Assembly: GCA_963701295.1 (NCBI GenBank)
Contig: OY969585.1
Coordinates: 2,528,001 to 2,592,000, forward strand
Length of the DNA: 64,000 bases
Direction: 5' to 3'
Origin: Ignavibacteriota bacterium
GTDB lineage: Bacteria > Bacteroidota > Ignavibacteria > UBA10030
Each line of letters begins with the position of its first letter. Within the stretch, counting starts at the first letter, position 1. Positions 21,664 through 31,570 of the stretch are shown piece by piece. Made by a program: the position numbers and the translations under genes. Below the pieces are notes generated by a model. That model searched no databases and was not told where the DNA came from. It saw only the letters and a program-made list of their open reading frames with translations.

Positions 21664-21762
21664 CTGGTGTGCCATGATTCTTCGCTTAAAGCGGATGAGC
21701 CTTTGGCTCAGAACCCGGGAACGTCCCGCACAGCGGGATGCCTTATCGCTTGATTACACCCC
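21664..21762 (-). pseudogene. Decayed duplicate of tRNA-Gln with palindromic insertions
   Basis: Three blocks match the adjacent tRNA-Gln (15/17, 9/10 and 20/24 nt), separated by a 30-bp insertion and a replaced anticodon arm. Confidence 0.7.
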
Positions 21763-21783
21763 CTGAATCTCAAATTAAACTTG

Positions 21784-21855
<72 letters not shown>

Positions 21856-22116
21856 ATCATTTGGTTCATCTATCAATGATGCAGTGTCTGAGAGTGTCCC
21901 AGCAAGCGTAGTATTCTATCCACAAAAAACAGAGATAAACTCCGATTCTACCAATGAGATTATCTTAATAAAAAACCAACTCCCATTGAGTCGGAATTAA
22001 AATATATCGAAAAAACGCTTGTAAGTCAAACAAGAAAAGAACACTTCAAAAGTTTGATTTTCTTGCCACATTTATCTAATTTAATTTATAAATATTTAAA
22101 AACCGTGGAGACCCAT

Positions 22117-22686
22117 ATGGTCATTAAAGGGAATACTATTATAAAAGAACTTAGCTTACCGGACGAACGAGGGAGTGTGCAAGCCTTTTGGGTGATTACA
22201 TTTTCTATCCTCACAGCAATCGGCGCACAGATTGAGATACCGAATCAACCGGTTCCTTACACGTTACAAACATTTTTTGTTCTCTTGACAGGTGCTCTTC
22301 TCGGAAAACGAAACGGAGCAGCGAGCATGGGACTTTATTTGATCCTTGGTGCCATCGGCATGCCGGTCTTTTCTGTCGGATCATTTGGATTCTCGAGACT
22401 CTTAGGTCCAACAGGAGGATATCTGTTTTCATTTCCGATTGCAGCTTTCGTCGTCGGTTATCTTTCGAGGCTTCGCCGGGAATTCTGGTGGATGATGGCC
22501 TCTATGGTTATTGGCTCTTGTATCATCTTTACCATCGGTACGATTCAATTGAATATAATCTATGTGCATAACTGGGTTCATTCTGTTCAGGCGGGATTTC
22601 TCATTTTCTCTTGGTGGGATGCAGTGAAAATTATTGGTGCAGCGACAATTGCACACCATTATTTTCGAAAAGTGAATCAGCCATAG
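22117..22686 (+). CDS. bioY: Biotin transporter BioY
   Basis: PVPYTLQTFFVLLTG and GPTGGYL motifs; hydrophobic; ATG at 22117. Confidence 0.9.
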   Translation: MVIKGNTIIKELSLPDERGSVQAFWVITFSILTAIGAQIEIPNQPVPYTLQTFFVLLTGALLGKRNGAASMGLYLILGAIGMPVFSVGSFGFSRLLGPTGGYLFSFPIAAFVVGYLSRLRREFWWMMASMVIGSCIIFTIGTIQLNIIYVHNWVHSVQAGFLIFSWWDAVKIIGAATIAHHYFRKVNQP

Positions 22687-22742
22687 AAAACAAGTGAAAT
22701 GAAATCGAGAGAAAAACAATTCTTAGAAATAAGAGGCAAAGC

Positions 22743-23663
22743 ATGGACCGTAGAACTTTTTTCAAAAAGGGTTTAGGTGCATCCATCGTCGTTGGTGCAG
22801 TAGTTGCCGGTAAATATCAAAATCTTTTTGCTTCTCCGTATGAAGCCAACGATCTTCCGTTTGACTTGGTTGCAGTGAAAGGGGGTGAACCAGACGTCAT
22901 GCTGAAAAAGGGGATGGAAGCTTTTGGTGGAATTGGAAAGTTCGTAAAGAAAGGGCAGAAGGTTGTCGTCAAGCCTAATATTGGCTGGGATGTCACTCCG
23001 GAGCGTGGCGGAAATACCAATCCAAAATTAGTGGCAGAAATTGTTCGTCAGTGCCTCACTGCAGGTGCAAGTGAAGTCTATGTATTTGATCACACGTGCG
23101 ATAATTGGCAGCGGTGCTATAAGAACAGCGGTATAGAATCGGCAGTCAAAAATGCAGGTGGAAAAATTGCGCCTGCTCATACTGAAGGATATTATCATGA
23201 TATATCGATCCCCAAGGGCAAGAGCATCACAAGTGCCAAAGAGCACGAACTTCTCCTCAGTTCTGATGTTTTTATCAATGTCCCGATATTGAAACATCAT
23301 GGGGGAGCACGATTAACCATTACGATGAAAAATATGATGGGAAATGTGTGGGATAGAGGAACATGGCATCGGATTGATCTGCATCAATGTATAGCAGATT
23401 ATGCTACCTATCGCAAGCCGACCTTGAATATTGTTGATGCCTATTATGTCATGAAGCAAAATGGTCCTCGCGGAGTTTCCGTGGAAGATGTTGTGATGAT
23501 GAAATCGCTTCTCATTTCTACGGATGTGGTTGCGATTGACACTGCCTCTGCGAAACTTTTTGGCTTGAATCCCGCTGATGTGCGATATATCCAGATAGCT
23601 GCAGATCAAAAAGTCGGTAGAATGGATTTGGAAAATCTTCGCATCAAGCGGTTGACTGTATAA
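22743..23663 (+). CDS. DUF362-domain protein with Tat signal peptide
   Basis: DRRTFFK twin-arginine motif; VVVKPNIGW, INVPILKHH, MKNMMG. Confidence 0.85.
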   Translation: MDRRTFFKKGLGASIVVGAVVAGKYQNLFASPYEANDLPFDLVAVKGGEPDVMLKKGMEAFGGIGKFVKKGQKVVVKPNIGWDVTPERGGNTNPKLVAEIVRQCLTAGASEVYVFDHTCDNWQRCYKNSGIESAVKNAGGKIAPAHTEGYYHDISIPKGKSITSAKEHELLLSSDVFINVPILKHHGGARLTITMKNMMGNVWDRGTWHRIDLHQCIADYATYRKPTLNIVDAYYVMKQNGPRGVSVEDVVMMKSLLISTDVVAIDTASAKLFGLNPADVRYIQIAADQKVGRMDLENLRIKRLTV

Positions 23664-23672
23664 GGTGGCCGT

Positions 23673-25229
23673 TTGCAGTGGTTAAAACGAATTCGCATTG
23701 TTATCGCGATAATTTTTTTTCTTGCATTCACCCTTCTCTTTCTTGACCTCGGCAATGTAATTCCTATTGGAATACATACGTTCTTCACATCGACACAGCT
23801 CATACCATCATTCGTGCGAACATTGGTCGTATTGAGCAGTGCGTCGTTTGGACTCTTTTTTGTTTTAGTCATAACCTTTTTCTTTGGCAGAGTCTATTGT
23901 TCTACTCTCTGTCCGCTTGGGATTTTGCAGGATATTGTAATCCGTATAGCAAAACGAATGAATAGGCGCCGTCGGTTTAGGTACAAAGAACAGTATTATA
24001 TTTTACATTACTCCTTATTTGTTCTTACGGGAATTCTTGCGTTCTCTGGAAGTATGATTTTGCTGAATTTATTTGAGCCGTTTAGTAATTACGGTCGTAT
24101 CCTTTCTAACCTGACGAGTCCTTTTATTGTGTTAGTAAATAATATGTTCGGATATATTCTTGGACTCTTCGGTTTTATGTTTCTCTTTCAAATTCCAATT
24201 TTTCATGTCAACCTTGTTTCCGTAATCGCCTCTTTCAGTATTTTAGCGTTAGTGGCTTATCTCTCGTATAACCATGGAAGATTGTTTTGCAATCTGCTTT
24301 GTCCAGCGGGAGCATTGCTTGGAATTATTTCAAGATTATCAATATTCAAGATAATAATAGATGAAAATAATTGTAAAGAATGTGGTTTATGTGAAAGAGT
24401 ATGTAAAGCAAGCTGCATCAATAGTGATTCAATGGAAATTGATTTCGCTGCCTGCATAGGTTGTTTCAATTGCATTGCTGCTTGTCCGACTGTGGGAATG
24501 AGTTACAAGGGAAGATGGAAAAAAACTTCAAACATTTTGCCGATTGTAAATGAAGGACGGCGAAATGTATTAAAAACATCCGTTTTGCCTGCAATTGGTT
24601 TGCTGGTGCCTGTCATGGGAGTTGAGACCGTTGCAGGGAAAAGTCAAAATGGATTTAGCGAAAATCGTAAACATCCGATATCGCCGCCAGGTTCTTTGAG
24701 CGTGGGGAGATTCTCCAGTCTTTGTACAGCTTGCCATCTGTGCATCAGTTCATGTCCGACGCAAGTGTTGCTCCCGTCCTTCTTTGAATATGGAATTGCT
24801 GGCGTCTTTCAGCCTAAAATGAATTATGATGCCAGCTACTGCAACTTCGATTGTGTTCTTTGCAGTCAGGTATGCCCGACCGGCGCAATTCTACCCCTTG
24901 ATGTATCCTTAAAAAAAGAAGTACAGATCGGAAGAGCGCAGTTTATCAAAGATGATTGTGTCGTTGTTTCAAAGAAAAAGGATTGCGGTGCATGCTCTGA
25001 GCATTGTCCGACAAAAGCGGTAACCATGGTACCATATGAAAAAAACCTTATGGTTCCTGAGGTCAATAATGAAGTTTGTGTTGGGTGTGGAGCTTGTGAA
25101 CATGCTTGTCCTGTTCGACCAAGCAAAGCTATCTATGTGAGTGCCAATCAAATCCATAAGAAGGCAAAGAAGCTGCAGTCAAAAAAGGCAGATTCATCTT
25201 TCGATAGCTCTCAAGAATTTCCTTTTTAA
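23673..25229 (+). CDS. Membrane polyferredoxin (NapH/MauN-like TM part plus NapG/MauM-like 4Fe-4S part)
   Basis: GRVYCSTLCPLG, several CxxCxxCxxxCP motifs, internal RR motif then PPG. Confidence 0.85.
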   Translation: MQWLKRIRIVIAIIFFLAFTLLFLDLGNVIPIGIHTFFTSTQLIPSFVRTLVVLSSASFGLFFVLVITFFFGRVYCSTLCPLGILQDIVIRIAKRMNRRRRFRYKEQYYILHYSLFVLTGILAFSGSMILLNLFEPFSNYGRILSNLTSPFIVLVNNMFGYILGLFGFMFLFQIPIFHVNLVSVIASFSILALVAYLSYNHGRLFCNLLCPAGALLGIISRLSIFKIIIDENNCKECGLCERVCKASCINSDSMEIDFAACIGCFNCIAACPTVGMSYKGRWKKTSNILPIVNEGRRNVLKTSVLPAIGLLVPVMGVETVAGKSQNGFSENRKHPISPPGSLSVGRFSSLCTACHLCISSCPTQVLLPSFFEYGIAGVFQPKMNYDASYCNFDCVLCSQVCPTGAILPLDVSLKKEVQIGRAQFIKDDCVVVSKKKDCGACSEHCPTKAVTMVPYEKNLMVPEVNNEVCVGCGACEHACPVRPSKAIYVSANQIHKKAKKLQSKKADSSFDSSQEFPF

Positions 25230-25346
25230 AGCAAGCCTGACAGCGGAAAAGATACATATCTTTTTGTAACAGAAATGGAGGGAACTTCCTTTTCTTCTCA
25301 ACCGTTCTGTGTCAGAGAAAAAAATATTTGATTATTTTGTATAACT

Positions 25347-26108
25347 ATGAAGAACGACCAAAGTCCGAAACAATTTTATGATTCGCTTGCGAATGAATAC
25401 GATGAATTTACAGGATTCGCGGAGCGCTTCGATAAAGAGCGTTCGATATTTCGGAGGCTTGTTCAAAAATACGATATGAAGATTGTCCTCGATGCGGGAT
25501 GTGGAACGGGGTTTCATTCAATTCTGCTTGCTCAGCTCGGACTGCACGTGACAGCCACAGATATATCGGCGCAAATGCTCCGGCAAGCGAAACGAAATGC
25601 AGAAAACATGAACGTTCAGGTTGACACAATTCAAACGTCTTTTCAAAGAATGGATGAGTCTATACATAATAAATTCGATGCGGTCTTCTGTCTTGGCAAT
25701 ACACTTCCGCATATAGTAACAGAGGAAGAAATTTTTCAGTCATTCAAGAGTTTTCACGAACTATTGAAATCCGGTGGACGAGTATTCCTGCAATTGTTGA
25801 ATTACGACCGGATCCTTAATTCCCGAGAACGAATCCTCAATGTCAAGGAAGTGAATAATAAAATATTCGTTCGGTTTTATGATTACGAAGGAGAGAGCAT
25901 CGTGTTTAATATCTTGACCATACAAAAGAGCGGCGGACAGATGGAACATTCTCTGAATTCTGTTCGGCTCTTTCCTTGGCGGTCAGCGGATATCGTTCGC
26001 AGTTTAAAAGGTACCGGATTTCATAACGAAGAATTATTCGGAACGATGGCACTGAATGTTTATGATGAGTGTTCATCGAAGGATTTGGTTGTCATAGCAC
26101 AATTTTAG
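25347..26108 (+). CDS. Class I SAM-dependent methyltransferase
   Basis: VLDAGCGTG, FDAVFCLGNTLPH. Confidence 0.9.
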   Translation: MKNDQSPKQFYDSLANEYDEFTGFAERFDKERSIFRRLVQKYDMKIVLDAGCGTGFHSILLAQLGLHVTATDISAQMLRQAKRNAENMNVQVDTIQTSFQRMDESIHNKFDAVFCLGNTLPHIVTEEEIFQSFKSFHELLKSGGRVFLQLLNYDRILNSRERILNVKEVNNKIFVRFYDYEGESIVFNILTIQKSGGQMEHSLNSVRLFPWRSADIVRSLKGTGFHNEELFGTMALNVYDECSSKDLVVIAQF

Positions 26109-26176
26109 AGATCAGCTTTAAAGAGAATGATCCCGCAAGAGGATCAGCACGCAAAATAAGCAAGAATATGTCATAA

Positions 26177-26296
26177 AAATTCAAGTGGTCGTGTGTTTTT
26201 GGTGATACGATCTTCGCGCTTGGTGCTCTTGCCCTAGTGCTATTTGTTCTTGGATTAATAACGGGATATTCTTTGAAGAAGGCGAAGACAAAATAA
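26177..26296 (+). pseudogene. C-terminal remnant resembling quinol-dependent nitric oxide reductase (qNor)
   Basis: Start-less frame KFKWSCVFGDTIFALGALALVLFVLGLITGYSLKKAKTK*, resembling the last TM helix of qNor (WxRVxGDTIFAxG). Confidence 0.5.
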
Positions 26297-26460
26297 ATTA
26301 GAAAAATGGGTAAGAGTCGTTATGGATAAACGGAAATAGAGATTACACCAAAGAGCTAACACAATATGAAAGAGAGACGCGAAAAAGGAAGGGGAAAAGA
26401 GAGCATTCTCTCATCAATAAGCGTGGAAGGACGAATAATCGTTGGATTGTGGAATAAAGC

Positions 26461-26489
26461 TTGACATAGAAGGATCAGAGACATATTTT
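26461..26489 (+). promoter_or_regulatory. Putative sigma70 promoter
   Basis: TTGACA-17 nt-TATTTT upstream of the response regulator. Confidence 0.5.
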
Positions 26490-26647
26490 ATGTGCATGGT
26501 GTGTTGACCGCATTCTTATTTGCGGTACATATTTTCTAAGGTTTGGGTTATCTCTGATCGTTAGCCTTCGATTATGTGATATGCCTTCGGATTTGAGACA
26601 AGAAAATGGTGTTCAGCGTTGAAGAATAACCAAAGGAATATGGGGTA

Positions 26648-27028
26648 TTGAAGCAATACGATACAGTCCTTGTTGTTGAAGATGATGATAGTCTGCGGGA
26701 TCTTCTGAAAACGATGCTTGAAGCAAATGATTTTAAAGTGCTTACAGCAACTGATGGTTTAGATGCCATAGAAGTATTCACAAAGAACAAAGGGAGTATT
26801 GGGGTCGTCCTTTCCGATCTCGGGTTGCCCTACCTTGGCGGTTGGGATGCGTTTCTCAGAATGAAGAAGATTAATCCAGAATTGAAAGGAATTCTTGCGA
26901 GTGGGTATTTTCACCCGGGGGTAAAAGAAGAAATCATTAAATCTGGAGCAGAGACTTTTATCCAGAAACCGTACAATACTCCGGAAATTGTCGCGATGCT
27001 TCATAGAATGCTTGACGAGGAAGAATAG
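26648..27028 (+). CDS. Stand-alone response regulator receiver
   Basis: VLVVEDD, DLGLP, SGY, IQKPY. Confidence 0.9.
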   Translation: MKQYDTVLVVEDDDSLRDLLKTMLEANDFKVLTATDGLDAIEVFTKNKGSIGVVLSDLGLPYLGGWDAFLRMKKINPELKGILASGYFHPGVKEEIIKSGAETFIQKPYNTPEIVAMLHRMLDEEE

Positions 27029-27192
27029 AAAATTCCTTTTCATAAAAAAGACCGACAAAATTTTTAAATAGAACTACTCGTAAGCCTCTTATCATAACTG
27101 AGGCTGGGCGCCCTCATCAGACGAAAAAAAAGTCAAGTCTCCCACGGTGTGTGAGAAACGCATTGAAAAACACAAATGCCGATTGTGTTGGC

Positions 27193-28989
27193 CTATTTAA
27201 GCAAAATGAATTTCTTTGTTTGAGTAAAGGAACCAGCTTGCAAGCGATAGAAGTACACACCAGACGGCATATTTGCCGCGTTCCAATGCACTTGATAGGA
27301 ACCCGCAGGTTCCTTTTCGTTCACGAGCGTTGCCACTTCTCTTCCAATTAAATCAAAAACTTTGAGTGTGACAAATGATTTGGATGGCAGACTAAATGAA
27401 ATTGTCGTTGTTGGATTAAATGGATTTGGATAATTCTGTGCCAAGAAGAACTTGGTCGGAAGTGGAGATTGTTGCTCCACTCCAGTGAGAGTTAAGGTAA
27501 ATGCTCTTTTTGGGCTAAACGACCCCCACCCATATTCATTTTTCGCTTTCACCCTCCACCAGTACGTTCCCGCCCCAGACAACCCGGTGACTACCTTTGT
27601 GGTGTCCGTCAGTGTCGAATCGATCGTTTGAAAAGTGAAGAGCGAATCGGTAGCCATATTAAACGCGTATCCGGTTGGATTGCCCGTTGGTTTATCCCAG
27701 ACAAATGGGATCACCGTTGATACAACCGTTGCCTGGTCTGCAGGATAGACCAACGAAACTTGACCCACTGGGACTGTGAATATCCAAGCCGCACCTGTTT
27801 CACTATTATCACCATACCCACCGACGATTGCTGTATTCCCATCAGAGGAAAGAGAGACCGTATAACCTTGATACGCAAGCCCCACAGCACCGACGCCAAC
27901 GAGTTTGCTCCCCTGCTGAGTCCACACTCCGATGCTCCGTCTGAATACCCATGAAGCACCACAACCACTATTGAAAAAGTTGTCACGATACCCACCCACA
28001 ATTGCCGTATTCCCATCGGAGGAAAGAGAGACTGACCATCCTTGGTACGCAACACCCACAGCACCGGAACCCACGAGTTTGCTCCCCTGCTGAGTCCACA
28101 CTCCGCCGCTCCGTGTGAATACCCATGCTGCACCTGCAAGACTATTGTCACCATACCCGCCCACGAGTGCCGTATTCCCGTCGGAAGATAGAGAGACAGA
28201 AATGCCTTGATTTGCAGTACCCACAGCACCGCTGCCCACGAGTTTGCTCCCCTGCTGAATCCACGCTCCACCGCTCCGTGTGAATACCCATGCCGCACCT
28301 GCACCACTGCTGTCATTCGCCCCACTCACGAGTGCCGTGTTTCCATCGGAGGAAAGAGAGACTGAATAGCCTTGCCTTGCACTACCCACAGCACCGCTGC
28401 CCACGAGTTTGCTCCCCTGCTGAGTCCACACTCCGCCGCTTCGTGTGAACACCCATGCCGCACCTGCTCTACTATCGTCATTCAGCCCACCGACGATTGC
28501 CGTATTCCCGTCGGAAGATAGAGAGACAGAAATGCCTTGATTTGCAGCACCCACAGCACCGGTGCCGACGAGTTTGCTCCCCTGTTGAGTCCATGCTCCG
28601 CCGCTCCGTGTGAACACCCATGCCGCACCTGCCGAACCATTGTCATACAACCCACCCACGATTGCCGTATTCCCATCGGAGGAGAGAGAGACTGAATAGC
28701 CTTGACCTGCTGTACCCACAGCACCGGTGCCGACGAGTTTGCTCCCCTGCTGAGTCCACAATCCGCTGCTCCGTGTGAATACCCATGCCGCACCTACCGA
28801 ACTATTGTCAGAATACCCACCCACAATTGCCGTATTCCCATCGGAGGAAAGAGAGACTGACCATCCTTGATACGCAACACCCACAGCACCGGAACCCACG
28901 AGTTTGCTCCCCTGCTGGAGAAACTGTGCATCGGTATTTTCTATCAATGCAGCATAAAACAGTACAACAAAAACCAATGTGTTTTTCAT
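27193..28989 (-). CDS. T9SS-secreted FG-GAP-like seven-repeat beta-propeller protein with FN3-like domain and type-A CTD
   Basis: Signal peptide from ATG 28989; seven repeats (QQGSKLVG...SVSLSSDGNTAIVG...GAAWVF); YWWRVKA; QNYPNPFNPTT...KKFILLK. Confidence 0.88.
   Translation of the reverse strand: MKNTLVFVVLFYAALIENTDAQFLQQGSKLVGSGAVGVAYQGWSVSLSSDGNTAIVGGYSDNSSVGAAWVFTRSSGLWTQQGSKLVGTGAVGTAGQGYSVSLSSDGNTAIVGGLYDNGSAGAAWVFTRSGGAWTQQGSKLVGTGAVGAANQGISVSLSSDGNTAIVGGLNDDSRAGAAWVFTRSGGVWTQQGSKLVGSGAVGSARQGYSVSLSSDGNTALVSGANDSSGAGAAWVFTRSGGAWIQQGSKLVGSGAVGTANQGISVSLSSDGNTALVGGYGDNSLAGAAWVFTRSGGVWTQQGSKLVGSGAVGVAYQGWSVSLSSDGNTAIVGGYRDNFFNSGCGASWVFRRSIGVWTQQGSKLVGVGAVGLAYQGYTVSLSSDGNTAIVGGYGDNSETGAAWIFTVPVGQVSLVYPADQATVVSTVIPFVWDKPTGNPTGYAFNMATDSLFTFQTIDSTLTDTTKVVTGLSGAGTYWWRVKAKNEYGWGSFSPKRAFTLTLTGVEQQSPLPTKFFLAQNYPNPFNPTTTISFSLPSKSFVTLKVFDLIGREVATLVNEKEPAGSYQVHWNAANMPSGVYFYRLQAGSFTQTKKFILLK
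27770..28920 (-). repeat. Intragenic tandem repeat, 165-bp unit, seven copies
   Basis: AGTTTGCTCCCCTG recurs at 28901, 28736, 28571, 28406, 28241, 28076 and 27902. Confidence 0.95.
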
Positions 28990-29030
28990 TATGTTGCTCC
29001 TTTTATTATGAATATAGAGAAACACTACTG

Positions 29031-31202
29031 TCATTTGATCAACAACATCTTTTTCTGATCTGTGTTGCGCCCAACAACCAACCTACAAAAGTACACTCCA
29101 CTCGATAAACTGCTCGCGTCGAAAGTAACTACGTGGCTTCCTGCAGATTGGAGTTCGTTCACCAATGATTTTACTTCTCTTCCTATTACATCATATACTT
29201 TCAAGGTGACAAAACTGTTCATTGGTATTTGATAATTGATCACCGTTGTCGGGTTGAAGGGATTCGGATAGTTTTGGAATAGCTGATATGTGTACGCAGT
29301 AAGCATTCCAAAGTGCTCTTGGTTAACACCGGTGGTACCGATACTCGGATCAAACGCGTACATCGTATCCGATCTGACAACAAGGGCGGTCCTATCGCCG
29401 ACATCAAACATGAGACCTGAGGATGGAAGCTCAACCCAACTATCGTGCAGGCCATTGAACGCGTAGAATTTGTGATTTACAATACCACCATTTTGTGTCG
29501 AGATGAGACCTATGCACCCTTTTACTCCTAGCCAGTATGCTGGTTCATCCATTGTAACGCTCGTCCATTTCTTGGAAAGACCACTGTATCCATGGATCGT
29601 ATTGTCATCTTCATAGTAGACAGCCACTGTATCTCCCACAGAAATATGAGAGTTATCTGCACTGATATTATGAATGATGCCTGACTGCGCATCGAATAGG
29701 TATGTTTTGTTCAAGGAGAGTGCGCGTGCAAATATCCCTTTCGCATCTACCTCTACCAGATCCCCTGGTGAAAATGTTGCTGTGGTGAAGGAATTTGTGA
29801 TGGAGGAATAAAACAGTGCGAAGGGATTCGCAACAGGAAACGGCATGGCATAAGCAGCGTCAGAAGCAATGACGCCGGATAAAGCGATGCTCTTTGGCAA
29901 CGGAACATTTATCCATGCATTTGTCGATCGATTATAGAATTGCATCACCATCGAATCGGAGGTGGCATTCCATTCGCTGAACGAACAATAATCTTCCCCA
30001 ATGAAACAATTACCGGCGTTATCATGACTGATGCTTGTTGCACAACCCCGACCATTGAGAACATCCCATGCGAGCACACTGCTGTTGCCGCCTTCCATAA
30101 AGATTGTGCTTCCATCGGAGGATATGCTAGGACTCTGATTGATAAAAAGCGTGAAAGGTATCGTCGTGAACTGACCGGTCTGTCCGAAGTAAGTTGTTAT
30201 ACCTTCTGTGTATGCTGGAGGAAAAGTGTACGAACCAAATCGAATAAAGTGATCACCTCCACGCGGACTTCCTACTTCTGTCCCACTATTTGCGTCGTAG
30301 TGGTATGTTGCCGTGTCGAGACTCCAAATCCCAAGTCTGGTATCGTAACAGTGCAGTTCGAAGGAATGTGTGCCGTCATTTACGGACCGGTCGCAATGTA
30401 CGCCCCAGGAGGTCGCATGTTCAGATCCATAGGTCACGTCATTAACATCGTTCAATGTAAGGATAGAAAAATTGTTGGAGGCAGCGCAGTATCCGAGGTA
30501 CTCGTCCTGGCTACCCGTCACCTGGCCCATTCCTACGTAGCCATGATCGTAATTGAATATTGCAGCGTAGCTATCGATTTGGTTGAAGGATTTAGTAATT
30601 TGACTGTACACGGTGTGCTGGAGGAGGCTACCAAGTGGACGGGCAAGCACCATAGCCGCGTAATCATTTTTTATAATAAGTGTTCCTCTAGTATCATAGT
30701 TTGAAGGAAGACCATAATTATAGCTCTTCCATTTCCCCATCTCTCCGTCGAAAATGTACAGCCGCTGTGTAGTAACAAACATCGCCATGGTGGAACTGCA
30801 TGCGTAGTTGGGTGGTTGAGCGGAGTTAGGAAGCGGTGTGCCTAAGTATCTCACGGTGTCCCAAGCGGAAACAAGGGCACTGTATGCGATAAGAAACGAA
30901 TCGGTATATGCAAAAATAATATTTCCGGGAGCGATCAAATCATGAAAAGTCTGCGCCGAGCTAAGCTCAACTTTAGTCCACTGCGATGTGCCGATATCGT
31001 AAAAGAAAATACTTGAGTCATTTTGATGAGCATATCCGAGACAGCGATCGCCGCACTTTGCTAGGAATCCGCCGTACACGGTTGGAACTGCATGCGAAAT
31101 CCACGCGCCGTGCTGGGCCGCGGCACTCCCTGCAACAAAAACGATAACGGCAGAAAGAAAGGTTGCGCGCAGAAAGAAGCGAAAACATATTGTAGTTTTC
31201 AT
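29031..31202 (-). CDS. T9SS-secreted hypothetical protein (probable beta-propeller) with type-A CTD
   Basis: Signal peptide ending AAA-Q; repeated YD/FD-xxxxxW strands; QNYPNPFNPTT...KKMLLIK. Confidence 0.85.
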   Translation of the reverse strand: MKTTICFRFFLRATFLSAVIVFVAGSAAAQHGAWISHAVPTVYGGFLAKCGDRCLGYAHQNDSSIFFYDIGTSQWTKVELSSAQTFHDLIAPGNIIFAYTDSFLIAYSALVSAWDTVRYLGTPLPNSAQPPNYACSSTMAMFVTTQRLYIFDGEMGKWKSYNYGLPSNYDTRGTLIIKNDYAAMVLARPLGSLLQHTVYSQITKSFNQIDSYAAIFNYDHGYVGMGQVTGSQDEYLGYCAASNNFSILTLNDVNDVTYGSEHATSWGVHCDRSVNDGTHSFELHCYDTRLGIWSLDTATYHYDANSGTEVGSPRGGDHFIRFGSYTFPPAYTEGITTYFGQTGQFTTIPFTLFINQSPSISSDGSTIFMEGGNSSVLAWDVLNGRGCATSISHDNAGNCFIGEDYCSFSEWNATSDSMVMQFYNRSTNAWINVPLPKSIALSGVIASDAAYAMPFPVANPFALFYSSITNSFTTATFSPGDLVEVDAKGIFARALSLNKTYLFDAQSGIIHNISADNSHISVGDTVAVYYEDDNTIHGYSGLSKKWTSVTMDEPAYWLGVKGCIGLISTQNGGIVNHKFYAFNGLHDSWVELPSSGLMFDVGDRTALVVRSDTMYAFDPSIGTTGVNQEHFGMLTAYTYQLFQNYPNPFNPTTVINYQIPMNSFVTLKVYDVIGREVKSLVNELQSAGSHVVTFDASSLSSGVYFCRLVVGRNTDQKKMLLIK

Positions 31203-31570
31203 TGTGCACCTCGCTAATTGATAAGATAATAAGGAACAAATGGAAATGGAAAGAACAGGGTTTGTCTGTTCAATTTCATTGTCATAGTGTTTATGGAGCA
31301 GGTTTCACTCGAGCACATCACACCTTGCAAGCAACTAAGCCGAGTATCTAATAATAGTTTTTACAGAACTCTCCTGCATACTATTGATGAAAAGGGCAAT
31401 TTCAATTAACGTGGCGCATAAAAAAAACATCGCAAAGTAAGGTATGATAAACTAATTTAGCGCACGAAACAATGCATCCGATAGCGAAATATCTGATTTC
31501 AATATAGTCAATTTACGATTCATTTTTATGTGTGGTCGGCGACGCTTCCAGCCTTGCATATATTCCCACA

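Noticed and set aside
27770-28920. Regular repeats as a CRISPR array
   Set aside because: The period is 165 bp, in frame inside a protein, with no unique spacers and no cas genes.
29940-30704. 254-aa plus-strand ORF and the many other antisense or overlapping ORFs in the track
   Set aside because: They are shadows of well-supported genes on the other strand or frame and have no recognisable motifs.
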